Shown piece after piece: positions 10,347-20,230 of a stretch of DNA of 64,000 nucleotides. Below the pieces are notes generated by a model. It was not told where the DNA came from and searched no databases. It saw only the letters and a program-made list of their open reading frames with translations. Both the position numbers and the translations under genes were made by a program. This DNA is from an uncultured Anaerolineales bacterium (lineage in GTDB: Bacteria > Chloroflexota > Anaerolineae > Anaerolineales > RBG-16-64-43), in contig CAYGXJ010000078.1 of assembly GCA_964353865.1 (NCBI GenBank), positions 1,853 through 65,852 on the forward strand, read 5' to 3'. How positions within the stretch are numbered: the stretch's first letter is position 1; the number at the start of each line of letters is the position of its first letter.

Positions 10347-10391
10347 CTGTCATTGCGAGCAGGGCGTAAGCCCGGCGTAGTAATCCTGGAG
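10347..10391 (+). repeat. Family-C-related hairpin element (GTCATTGCGAG...GTAATCC variant)
   Basis: TGTCATTGCGAGCAGGGCGTAAGCCCGGCGTAGTAATCC has the same layout as the GTCATTCCGAGG...GAGGAATC units. Confidence 0.45.
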
Positions 10392-10496
10392 TGTGCGGGC
10401 CGCGGAACTTGGCGGCCCAGCGACACTCCCATTGGCGCCCCACGATCGCCTCGTCGCCATGCGCCTCTGCACAGCCCATGGCTCATCGCTATTCCG

Positions 10497-10524
10497 GTCG
10501 GGGCGCGCCATGGCGTGCCCCGAC
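10497..10524. repeat. Family-A palindromic element (perfect 28-nt hairpin, allowing one G-U pair)
   Basis: GTCGGGGCGCGCCATGGCGTGCCCCGAC is self-complementary around CCATGG. Related to 1-26 and 26332-26357. Confidence 0.75.
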
Positions 10525-10648
10525 ATTCATCACCTGGCGAGGTCCCGCGGAACACTCACCTCTCGCGTTGACAGGGAGGGCGTCTGTTCGACCACGGGAT
10601 TGAGGGTATGATGGGTTTTGTTGTCAGCAATGACAATGGAGGAGCGGC

Positions 10649-11398
10649 ATGTCCCTCGAGCGCGATCCCCACGGAAATGAGACACGGTTCCTCCATCAGA
10701 TCGGGGGCCTCTCGGGTGCGCGTGTGCTTGAGGTGGGCTGTGGGGAAGGACGGCTGACCTGGCGCTACGCGAACGCCACCCAGTCCACCGTGGCCATCGA
10801 TCCCCTTCTTGAGCGCCTGAGCGCGGCGCGCAACGGGTGCATTGCGGAATGGCGTGAGCGGCTGCACTTCGTGCAGGCCGACGCCGAGCATTTGCCGTTG
10901 CGCCACGCAGAATTCGACCGGGCGATTCTGGCATGGTCGCTGTGATGAATCCGCCACGAGGGCATGGTGCATGCCCTGGAGCGGATCTGGACTGCCCTCG
11001 CGCCGCATGGCGTGCTGGTCGACGTGCGTCCCGTCGCGGCCCGCTGGCCGCTCGAGATCCTCTGCCCGGGTCGCGCGGTGCGCGCAGGTCGGGTGGATGA
11101 CCGGCCGGGTGTAGCCGACGATCGCGCGGCGGATGCGGCCATGCACGCGGTCGAGCGCCGTGGGTTGTTCCGCCGCATCGACCAGGTGACCTTCCCCTTT
11201 GCCTATCTCTGGGATTCCGTAGACGAGATGAGCGACTACATTGCAGGCAACTGGGAGGGATGCGTTATCCTGCCGGGAAGACTGCTGGCCCGCGCTCGAA
11301 ACCTGGAACGCGAGGCTCGCGGCGAGCGGCGTGTGCGCATTACGCTGCGCATGATCATGCGCACATTCGCTAGGCAGGATGAACCGCGGGGTGCCTGA
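10649..11398 (+). pseudogene. class I SAM-dependent methyltransferase interrupted by tandem in-frame TGA TGA (10943-10948)
   Basis: ORFs 10649-10945 and 10964-11398 share one frame. Motif I VLEVGCGEGRLT and motif II FDRAILAWSL come before the stops. The expected continuation (ALERIWTALAPHGVLV) follows them. Confidence 0.65.
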
Positions 11399-11433
11399 GA
11401 GCGAGGCGAATTGGGCTTGGCACGTGTCTCGCC

Positions 11434-11465
11434 GCGCGGGCGCATGTTGCGCCCGCGCAGTTTGT
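11434..11465. terminator. GC-rich hairpin between convergent genes (GCGCGGGCGC-ATGTT-GCGCCCGCGC, then AGTTTGT)
   Basis: Perfect 10-bp stem with a 5-nt loop, located between the 3' ends of 10964-11398 (+) and 11542-12051 (-). Confidence 0.55.
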
Positions 11466-11541
11466 CGCACCTCAGATGCTTCAGGAGCCCCAATGGCGGT
11501 CTTCGAAGAGGGTACCGAAGAGACCCCCACCTTGCCGACGC

Positions 11542-12051
11542 CTAGCTAATCTCCCGCACAATGACGCACCCATAGGTCGGCGTCTCGGCTGGTTCGGGCG
11601 AACCGCCGGTCAGGACGGCCATGACCGCATCCGCGAGAAAGTGGCGCAAGGGCTCGGGCTGCCTCATCGTGCTGTCGTCCACGGCGCCGCGGTAGCGCAG
11701 TCGAGCTTGCCCATCGACGACGAATGCCTGAGGGGTGATTGTGCAGCCCAATTCATCGGCCACGCGCGCCCCGGAATCCACCAGGATCGGGCTTATGCCT
11801 CGCGCCTCCGCCTCGCTCGTCAGCAGTTCGAGCGATTCGTCCGCATTGGGGGCGACGAAGAGCACGCTCACCTCGGCAGACCAGGTTCGTTGCAGTGCAG
11901 CCAGGCGCGCCTCGGCCAGCTTCACCACCGGGCAATTCGCGGACCAAAACAAAATGACCCGCACGCGGCCATCGGCCGCGGCCAACATGTGCGGCACCCC
12001 ATGGATGTCATCGAGCCAGGTGGCGGGAAGTCTCTCTCCTAAGGCAACCAT
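11542..12051 (-). CDS. thioredoxin-fold (redoxin/AhpC-TSA-like) protein
   Basis: VILFWSANCPVVK...LFVAPNADES...ITPQAFVVD fits a thioredoxin-like fold with a single Cys. ATG 12051 overlaps the upstream gene end by 13 nt. Confidence 0.6.
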   Translation of the reverse strand: MVALGERLPATWLDDIHGVPHMLAAADGRVRVILFWSANCPVVKLAEARLAALQRTWSAEVSVLFVAPNADESLELLTSEAEARGISPILVDSGARVADELGCTITPQAFVVDGQARLRYRGAVDDSTMRQPEPLRHFLADAVMAVLTGGSPEPAETPTYGCVIVREIS

Positions 12052-13505
12052 CGAGGTAAGTAGGCCCCCACTGCAAGCTGGCGCGGATTCTCGCCGGCGG
12101 CCGTCGTTACCCACACCTCCGGCGGCAGCGAGACGTGCGTCTGGTCGAAGCGCATGAAGAGCAAGAGCGAGCCGTCTGGGCTCCAGCGGATCGCGGAGGC
12201 GTTGAAGGCCGGGGCGTAGGTGAGCTGCCGCGCCTGCGTCCCGTCGCGTTCCATCACCCACAACTGGCGTCCGGGCGACCAGTGTTCAGCGTCGAGATAC
12301 TTGCGCCCAAACGCCAGGTGGTCGCCATCCGGCGAAATGGCGACGTTGGCATCCTCGACCAATGGCGAACTCGAAAGATCGGTGCTCTCATTCGTCGCCA
12401 GGGTGACGTAGATTAGGTGACTGTAGAATTGTTCTATTGTGTCGCTGGGCGTGCCAAGGTCGGGCGCGGCCGAGGTGGAGGGTCCGACCGCGAGGGTGGG
12501 CGTCGCTGCAAGATGCTCGTCGACAATGCGGATCTCCGGGAAGATCAGGTGCGCGCCGTCCGGCGTCCACACCCCGACTTCGCCCGAGGCATTCGGTACA
12601 TAGGTCTTGCCGCCGCGCAAATCGTCGACGACAGTGGTCTCTTGGTCGCCATCATAGTAGGCCAGCCAGGCTTGCGGACCCCAGACCGGGCCGCGGGTGG
12701 CATGCGCGGCGTCGCCCACAGGACGTGCGCTCCCGTCCTCCAGGTCGAGGATCCAAACCCGCGGGCGCTGTGCGCTGACGATGCCGCCCACACTCGGCGC
12801 GAGCACCGCTCTGTCGTAGGCCAGTTGGCGACTGTCGGCGGCAATGGCCGGGTTGCGGCACTGATCCCCCTCACAATTGAGCAGCTTGCGAGGTGCTGAT
12901 CCATCCAACGCCAGGTACCACAGGTCCGATTGTGTATCCGGGGCCCCGACGCTGTATACGAGGAAGGTGCCGCTTGGACTGACGTCGTACTCGAGGATCG
13001 GCAATGGGCTCTCGACGAGGGCGCGGCCCGCTTCACCCTCCAGGGGTTGGACCATTATTGCGTAGGTCTCGGCCGCGTGCTGGAGATACAGCACACGCAG
13101 ACCTGCGGTTGAGAAATGCCACTGGTACGACCGCAGGAGGGGCAAGCCATTACGCGAGCGCGCGCCAAGGGCGAGTGAGATGCGCACGGCGCTGCCCGTG
13201 GGCCACGGGGCGGCGGGCACAAGTTGAAGTGTGGTTCCTTCCCAGCGCGCGGAGGTGCTCACCTCCGGCGAGAGGCGCAGGTTGGCTTCCACGCTGTCTT
13301 CGTCCATAGGGACCGAAAAGCGAATCGTGAATGGGGCAAAGGCGCCCGCCGCCTCGTCGGCCGCCGGGCGGACTGCCACAACGCGCGGCGCGAGCAGCAG
13401 CGAGATCGCGGCGAAGCCGGCGGCAAACCCGATCAGGCCGAGCACAAGCGGCGGCAGGCCGCGCTCACGATGGAAGCGAATCCCTCGTCGGAAAACCATG
13501 CCCAC
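12039..13505 (-). CDS. membrane-anchored Ig-like (SbsA-type) plus TolB-like beta-propeller protein
   Basis: N-terminal TM helix, an Ig-like segment (FTIRFSVPMDEDSV...LQLVP) and PD40-like repeats (SPDGDHLAF, WSPDGSLLLF). GTG 13505 or ATG 13499. Confidence 0.7.
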   Translation of the reverse strand: MGMVFRRGIRFHRERGLPPLVLGLIGFAAGFAAISLLLAPRVVAVRPAADEAAGAFAPFTIRFSVPMDEDSVEANLRLSPEVSTSARWEGTTLQLVPAAPWPTGSAVRISLALGARSRNGLPLLRSYQWHFSTAGLRVLYLQHAAETYAIMVQPLEGEAGRALVESPLPILEYDVSPSGTFLVYSVGAPDTQSDLWYLALDGSAPRKLLNCEGDQCRNPAIAADSRQLAYDRAVLAPSVGGIVSAQRPRVWILDLEDGSARPVGDAAHATRGPVWGPQAWLAYYDGDQETTVVDDLRGGKTYVPNASGEVGVWTPDGAHLIFPEIRIVDEHLAATPTLAVGPSTSAAPDLGTPSDTIEQFYSHLIYVTLATNESTDLSSSPLVEDANVAISPDGDHLAFGRKYLDAEHWSPGRQLWVMERDGTQARQLTYAPAFNASAIRWSPDGSLLLFMRFDQTHVSLPPEVWVTTAAGENPRQLAVGAYLPRWLP

Positions 13506-13539
13506 CTCACCGGGGCATTATAACCATGCCGCTTCCTCC

Positions 13540-13645
13540 GTCATTCCGAGGGTGCACCCCCTCCTGTCATTCCGAGGACGCGCCGCGCCCGAGGAATCTC
13601 CTCCTGCGGAAGGCGGGAGGCCGAAGATGCAATACGAGAGTTGCC
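13540..13645 (+). repeat. Family-C elements: partial copy (13540-13551) plus full 35-nt unit (13566-13600) and conserved tail
   Basis: GTCATTCCGAGG-N11-CCGAGGAATCTC, followed by ...GGAAGGCGGGAGGCCGAAGATGC. Same unit at 13724-13758 and, reversed, at 46386-46420. Confidence 0.8.
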
Positions 13646-13717
13646 ATAGGTAGCCGAGTTTTCCGCTTCGTGCCGTGCCGCACCGCGGCCCGGTCCTCCT
13701 CGCAATGGCGGTGGGGC

Positions 13718-13793
13718 CTCCCTGTCGTTCCGAGGTGCTGCAGTCCCTGAGGAATCTCGGCTGGCGATGAGCGGAAGATCGGGGTGCCACGCC
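13718..13793 (+). repeat. Family-C element, full 35-nt unit (13724-13758) plus tail
   Basis: GTCGTTCCGAGG-N11-CTGAGGAATCTC, then ...GAGCGGAAGATCGG. Same length and arms as 13566-13600. Confidence 0.8.
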
Positions 13794-13816
13794 CCCTTCC
13801 ACCCGGCCCGAATGTC

Positions 13817-13825
13817 TGATAATAT
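13817..13825 (+). promoter_or_regulatory. putative extended -10 (TGATAATAT) for typA
   Basis: TG at 13817-13818 and TAATAT at 13820-13825, about 110 nt upstream of ATG 13937. Confidence 0.35.
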
Positions 13826-13936
13826 AGGTCCTCTCTGCGCAGCGACCCCGGCCGCACCAGTCCGGGGTCCTTGCTGTGTCCCACACGCCGGCCAGGAGGG
13901 TTCCCCACCGGCGCCGGCGGCGAATGTGAAAAGAAC

Positions 13937-15796
<1,860 letters not shown>

Positions 15797-16205
15797 GTCG
15801 CGAGTCGGCCACAGGCCGCTTTCCGTTTCTTCGCCCGATCAACCCCTGCCAGCTCTGTGAGCCTGGAAGCCTGTAGGCCCTCGGCTTGAGTCGACGGCGA
15901 GGCGCGACCCTTGGCTGCACTGTTGCCAATATGCGGCAACGCCACATCTCGCCACCGGCAGCCCCGAAGCGCACTTTCCCTGCGGCCCAGCGTCATCTAC
16001 CCCCATGGCTGGGGCGTTGACTGCGAGGCACTCGAATGCGAGTCTGGTGGCTCCACGGGCCACACGAGTCACCGAGGGCGTGAAGGGAAGGTTTCTTGCG
16101 TTGCGGAGCGCTACCTCTGGCACCTGCCGTTGCACCAGCAGTGTGTCGAATGACCCCCTCTCTCGCCATCGTGGGTGAATCGTTCAGTAATTCGCCCGGG
16201 CCGTA

Positions 16206-16214
16206 TGCTATAAT
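16206..16214 (+). promoter_or_regulatory. putative extended -10 promoter (TGCTATAAT) for dnaE
   Basis: TGn-TATAAT lies 53 nt upstream of ATG 16267. The 13-mer TATGCTATAATCC (16204-16216) recurs at 32965-32977 on the minus strand. Confidence 0.5.
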
Positions 16215-16266
16215 CCCATCCTGTTCCCCTCCCATCGATAATTCATGACCGGATGGTGTCGCGGCG

Positions 16267-19200
16267 ATGTCCTTTGTCCATCTGCACGTGCATTCTGAGT
16301 ATTCACTGCTTGATGGGCAAGGCAAGGTTAGGCGGCTGGTGGCGCGGGCCAAGGAACTTAGCATGCCCGCGCTGGCGCTGACCGACCACGGCACGCTGTT
16401 CGGCGTGGTCGAGTTCTTCAACGCCGCCACTGCCGCGGGTGTCCGTCCGGTCATCGGGGTGGAGGCATACCTTGCCACCCGCGGCATGACCGAGAGGGAC
16501 TCACGCATCGACCGCGATCCCTTCCATCTGTTGCTCCTGGCTGAAAACGATACCGGCTACCGCAATCTCCTCATAATCGCCACCGCGGCACAACTCGAGG
16601 GCTTCTACTACAAACCCCGCATCGACCACGACTTCCTAGCCTCGCATTCCGAGGGTCTGATCTGCACCTCCGGCTGCCTAGCGGCGGAGTTGCCGCGCGC
16701 GCTGAATGAAGGCCGCGATGCCGAAGCCTCCCGCCTGCTGGATTGGTATTTCGAGGTCTTCGGGCGTGACAGGTTCTTCCTCGAGCTGCAGCACCACGAG
16801 ATCCCCGAGCTGCACGCGGTCAACCGGCGGCTGGTGGAACTGGCGCCCCGCTACCAGGCGAAGCTGGTGGCCACCAACGATGTGCATTACGTGATGCCCG
16901 AAGACAGCGCCGCCCACGACATCCTGCTCTGCATCCAAACGGGCGCTTTGGTCTCCGAGCCCAGCCGTATGCGCATGTCCGACGGCAGCTACTTTATGCG
17001 CAGCGAGGAGGAAATGCTGCGCCTCTTCGCGGAGGTCCCGCAGGCAGTCCATCAGACGCAGCTCATTGCCGAGCGCTGCCAGGTGGACCTTTCGTTCAAG
17101 GGCTATCACCTGCCATCCTTCCCCGTGCCTGCGGATCACACGCCGGCCAGTTATCTGCGCGCCTTGTGCGAGCAGGGTTTGCGCGGGCGCTTCGGCGAAC
17201 GGGCGGCCGAGCCTGCCTTTGGCGAGCGGCTGGCCTACGAACTCGACATCATCCACACCATGGGCTTCGATACTTATTTCCTCATTGTGTGGGATCTGTG
17301 CCGCTTCGCTCGGGAGCAGGGCATTTGGTACAACGCGCGCGGTTCGGCGGCCGGCTCGCTGGTGGCCTACGCGCTGAGTATCACGCTGGTCGACCCGCTC
17401 GAGCACGGGTTGATCTTCGAGCGCTTCCTTAACCCGGGGCGCGTCTCGATGCCTGACATCGACCTCGACTTCCAAGACGATCAGCGGGCCCGTGTGCTGC
17501 AGTACGCGGCCGATCGCTACGGGCACGACAAGGTCGCACAGATCATCACCTTCGGCACGATGGCCGCGCGCGCCGCGGTGCGCGACGTCGGGCGTGTGCT
17601 CGACATCCCGCTGTCGGAGGTCGACAAGGTCGCGAAGCTGATCCCGGCCATCCCGGGCAAGCCGGTCTTGCTGGGTGAGGCAGTGGAGGACGTGGCGGCG
17701 CTGAAGGAGCTGTACCAGAAGACCGACTACGTCCGCAACCTGGTGGATACGGCCGCCAAGCTGGAGGGCGTCGTGCGCAACGCCGGCACGCATGCCGCGG
17801 GCGTGGTGATTGCCGACCGCCCGCTCGTGGAGTACCTGCCGCTGCACCGCCCGACGCACGGCAGCCTGGAGGAGGGCCCGATCACCGTGGTGACCCAGTT
17901 CGAGATGCAATTCCTCGAACAACTGGGGCTGCTCAAAGTGGATTTCCTTGGCCTGGCCACCCTTACCTTGATGCAGCGCGCCTGTGCGCTGATCAGCGAG
18001 CGTCAGGGCATAGACCTCAATCTCGACAGCATCCCCACCGACGATCCGGCGATCTACGAACTCCTCGGACGCGGGGAGGTGGCGGGCGTGTTCCAGGTGG
18101 AAGGGTCGGGCATGCGCCGCTACCTGATGGAGATGAAGCCGACCGGGCTCGACAACGTCATTGCCATGATCGCCCTCTACCGCCCGGGCCCGATCGATTT
18201 CATTCCAACCTACATCCGCCGCATGCACGGCGAGGAGAAGATCGAATACCGCCACCCGGCGCTCGAACCGATCCTGCGCGAAACCTACGGCATCCCGATT
18301 TACCAAGAGCAATTGATGCGCGCGGCGATCGAGATGGCCGGCTACAAACCGAGCGAAGCCGACGACCTGCGCAAGGCCGTGGCCAAGAAGAAGGCCGAGT
18401 CCCTGCAAGCCCACCGCCAGCGATTTGTGGCAGGCTGCGAGCAGCGCAGCATTCCGCGCGCAACGGCCCAGGCCATCTATGACGACTGGGAGGGTTTCGC
18501 GCGCTATGGGTTCAACAAGGCCCACGCCGCCGACTACGGCGTGATCTGCGTCCAGACGGCCTATCTTAAAGCGCACTTCCCCGTGGAATTCATGACCGCG
18601 CTGCTATGTGTTAACCGCGGCGACAGCGAGAAGGTGGCGCTCTATATTGCCGATTGCCGGCGTATGGGCATCGACGTGCTACCTCCGGACATCAATCACG
18701 GCCAATGGGACTTCTCAATTGAAGAGCGCCCCGGCAGCCCGACGGCTATTCGCTTTGGGTTGGGGGGGGTCAAGAACGTTGGTGAAGGCCCGGTGCTGGC
18801 AATCATCGAAGCGCGCGGATCCGAGCGGGCATTTGCGGGCGTGGACGACTTCGCGCGGCGGGTCGACTTGCGGCGGGTCGGGCGACGCGCGCTGGAATCG
18901 CTCATCCGCGTCGGCGCACTGGATGCATTGGGCGATCGCCTCTCTCTCCTGGACGCCCTCGACCAATTGCTTTCGGTCTCTGCCCAGCACTTCCGCGCCG
19001 TGGAAAGCGGCCAGTTGAGTCTGTTTGCCGCCGGGCCCAGCGGTCCGATCGAGGTCTTGCAGCTCCAGCCGTCGCGCAACCCGGTGCCGCAACGAACGGT
19101 GCTCGAGTGGGAGCGCGAGCTCCTGGGGCTCTATGTCAGCGATCATCCGCTCTCGCCGTACCTGGTGCAGTTGCAGCAGGCGGTTACGCATTTCTCGGCG

Positions 19201-20082
19201 GAGTGGAGCGAGGAACTGAACGGACAGCCGGTGCGGGTAGCCGGCCTGGTCACCCATATCCGCGGACACCAGACACGAACGGGCAAGCCGATGGCCTTTG
19301 TGACGCTGGAGGATCTGCAAGGGGCGATCGAAATCACGGTCTTCCCGAACTTGTGGAACAAGGTCAAAGGCTGGCTGAAGACGAATGCCATCGCGCTGGT
19401 CGAGGGCAAAGCGGAGTATGTCGGGACCACGCCGCGCGTCCTGGCCGACGCGATCTCCCCCGAACTTACACCGAGCGGATCGGTCAAACTAATGCGTCCG
19501 GCGGGTCGTGCAACACTGCCATCGCCGCCGGCCGTGCCCGCCGCTGCGCCCAGCGCGTCGCTCGGGCCAGAGGTGGCGGCGATGGACCCATCGAGCGAGC
19601 CGGATCCGGACTGGGACAACGTCCCGCCGCCCGAACCGTTGATTGAGGCCTTGCCCGGTACCGGCGGCGAGGGCCTGGCCTCGCCCTCTGCCACGCGGAC
19701 TCCCATCGCCCACGCCTCTGGCACCGTGCTCGCCGTGGCAAGCGTTGAAGCCACGAAGCTGGCCGGCGCGCCGCTTCTGGCCCCGGCGCCTGCGCTTCGC
19801 CCGGGTCCCGCGCTCGCGCCCGCCGCGCCGCGCATGATCACCATCACTTTGCGCGAGACGGGCGACCGCCCGCGTGACGTTCGCCGCCTGCGCCACGTGC
19901 ATGGTTTGTTGGCCAGCTACCCGGGTCAGGATCACTTCGCACTCAATATTTTCGAGGGCAGTCGCGCCTGGCGCGTCGAATTTCCAAACGAAACCACCGG
20001 GTTCGGCGCCGAACTTGAATTGCGCCTGCGCGAGTTGCTGGGGCCGGATTCGATCGAGATCTCTCCCTGGCGAGTCCAATAG
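16267..20082 (+). CDS. dnaE: DNA polymerase III alpha subunit
   Basis: PHP domain (FVHLHVHSEYSLLDG), palm/fingers (GRVSMPDIDLDF, YRPGP), OB fold and a canonical C-terminal domain. A 121-aa Pro/Ala-rich insertion lies at 19468-19830. Confidence 0.95.
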   Translation: MSFVHLHVHSEYSLLDGQGKVRRLVARAKELSMPALALTDHGTLFGVVEFFNAATAAGVRPVIGVEAYLATRGMTERDSRIDRDPFHLLLLAENDTGYRNLLIIATAAQLEGFYYKPRIDHDFLASHSEGLICTSGCLAAELPRALNEGRDAEASRLLDWYFEVFGRDRFFLELQHHEIPELHAVNRRLVELAPRYQAKLVATNDVHYVMPEDSAAHDILLCIQTGALVSEPSRMRMSDGSYFMRSEEEMLRLFAEVPQAVHQTQLIAERCQVDLSFKGYHLPSFPVPADHTPASYLRALCEQGLRGRFGERAAEPAFGERLAYELDIIHTMGFDTYFLIVWDLCRFAREQGIWYNARGSAAGSLVAYALSITLVDPLEHGLIFERFLNPGRVSMPDIDLDFQDDQRARVLQYAADRYGHDKVAQIITFGTMAARAAVRDVGRVLDIPLSEVDKVAKLIPAIPGKPVLLGEAVEDVAALKELYQKTDYVRNLVDTAAKLEGVVRNAGTHAAGVVIADRPLVEYLPLHRPTHGSLEEGPITVVTQFEMQFLEQLGLLKVDFLGLATLTLMQRACALISERQGIDLNLDSIPTDDPAIYELLGRGEVAGVFQVEGSGMRRYLMEMKPTGLDNVIAMIALYRPGPIDFIPTYIRRMHGEEKIEYRHPALEPILRETYGIPIYQEQLMRAAIEMAGYKPSEADDLRKAVAKKKAESLQAHRQRFVAGCEQRSIPRATAQAIYDDWEGFARYGFNKAHAADYGVICVQTAYLKAHFPVEFMTALLCVNRGDSEKVALYIADCRRMGIDVLPPDINHGQWDFSIEERPGSPTAIRFGLGGVKNVGEGPVLAIIEARGSERAFAGVDDFARRVDLRRVGRRALESLIRVGALDALGDRLSLLDALDQLLSVSAQHFRAVESGQLSLFAAGPSGPIEVLQLQPSRNPVPQRTVLEWERELLGLYVSDHPLSPYLVQLQQAVTHFSAEWSEELNGQPVRVAGLVTHIRGHQTRTGKPMAFVTLEDLQGAIEITVFPNLWNKVKGWLKTNAIALVEGKAEYVGTTPRVLADAISPELTPSGSVKLMRPAGRATLPSPPAVPAAAPSASLGPEVAAMDPSSEPDPDWDNVPPPEPLIEALPGTGGEGLASPSATRTPIAHASGTVLAVASVEATKLAGAPLLAPAPALRPGPALAPAAPRMITITLRETGDRPRDVRRLRHVHGLLASYPGQDHFALNIFEGSRAWRVEFPNETTGFGAELELRLRELLGPDSIEISPWRVQ

Positions 20083-20230
20083 CTCGGTTGCCGAGAATCC
20101 AGGATGCGCCCACTCCCCGCACCGGGAGTTCTTCGCGCGTCTGCGATAGGCTGCCTCTGCCAGGTATAATCACGACGCATTCGCGCGTGCCTCGCAGCCG
20201 CCATCATCCATTCATTCGAGGAGGACTCTC

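Noticed and set aside
10160-10555. ORFs of 70-130 aa inside the repeat islands, e.g. 10160-10555(-), 26125-26460(-) and 13518-13886(-).
   Set aside because: They are composed of the repeat elements themselves (recurrent peptides such as ...KACYAL..., ...GTPW.APT..., ...SFRG..PEES...), so they are translation artefacts of repeats.
10097-10648. Repeat-rich intergenic islands (also 13506-13936, 26160-26603 and 46296-46570) read as CRISPR arrays.
   Set aside because: The repeats belong to three different families in mixed orientations with irregular spacing. There is no unit-repeat/unique-spacer periodicity, and no cas genes are in the window.
10943-10948. TGA TGA read as tandem selenocysteine codons or as evidence of TGA reassignment.
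   Set aside because: TGA clearly functions as a stop throughout the window, including many ATGA start/stop overlaps. No SECIS-like hairpin is evident immediately downstream, and Sec-Sec in a methyltransferase has no precedent known to me.
16678-18576. 632-aa ORF antisense to dnaE. Similar long shadow ORFs include 2191-3495(-), 13541-14983(-), 20204-21520(-), 23042-24289(-), 32960-34261(+), 41356-42393(-), 42529-43653(-), 46298-47596(+) and 55696-56520(-).
   Set aside because: Each lies entirely opposite or out of frame to a gene with unmistakable family motifs. The translations are Arg/Ala/Gly/His-rich and low-complexity, as expected for non-coding frames in high-GC DNA.
19468-19830. The DnaE insertion read as an intein.
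   Set aside because: It lacks the Cys/Ser-start, His-Asn-end and endonuclease blocks. It is plain Pro/Ala-rich low-complexity sequence.
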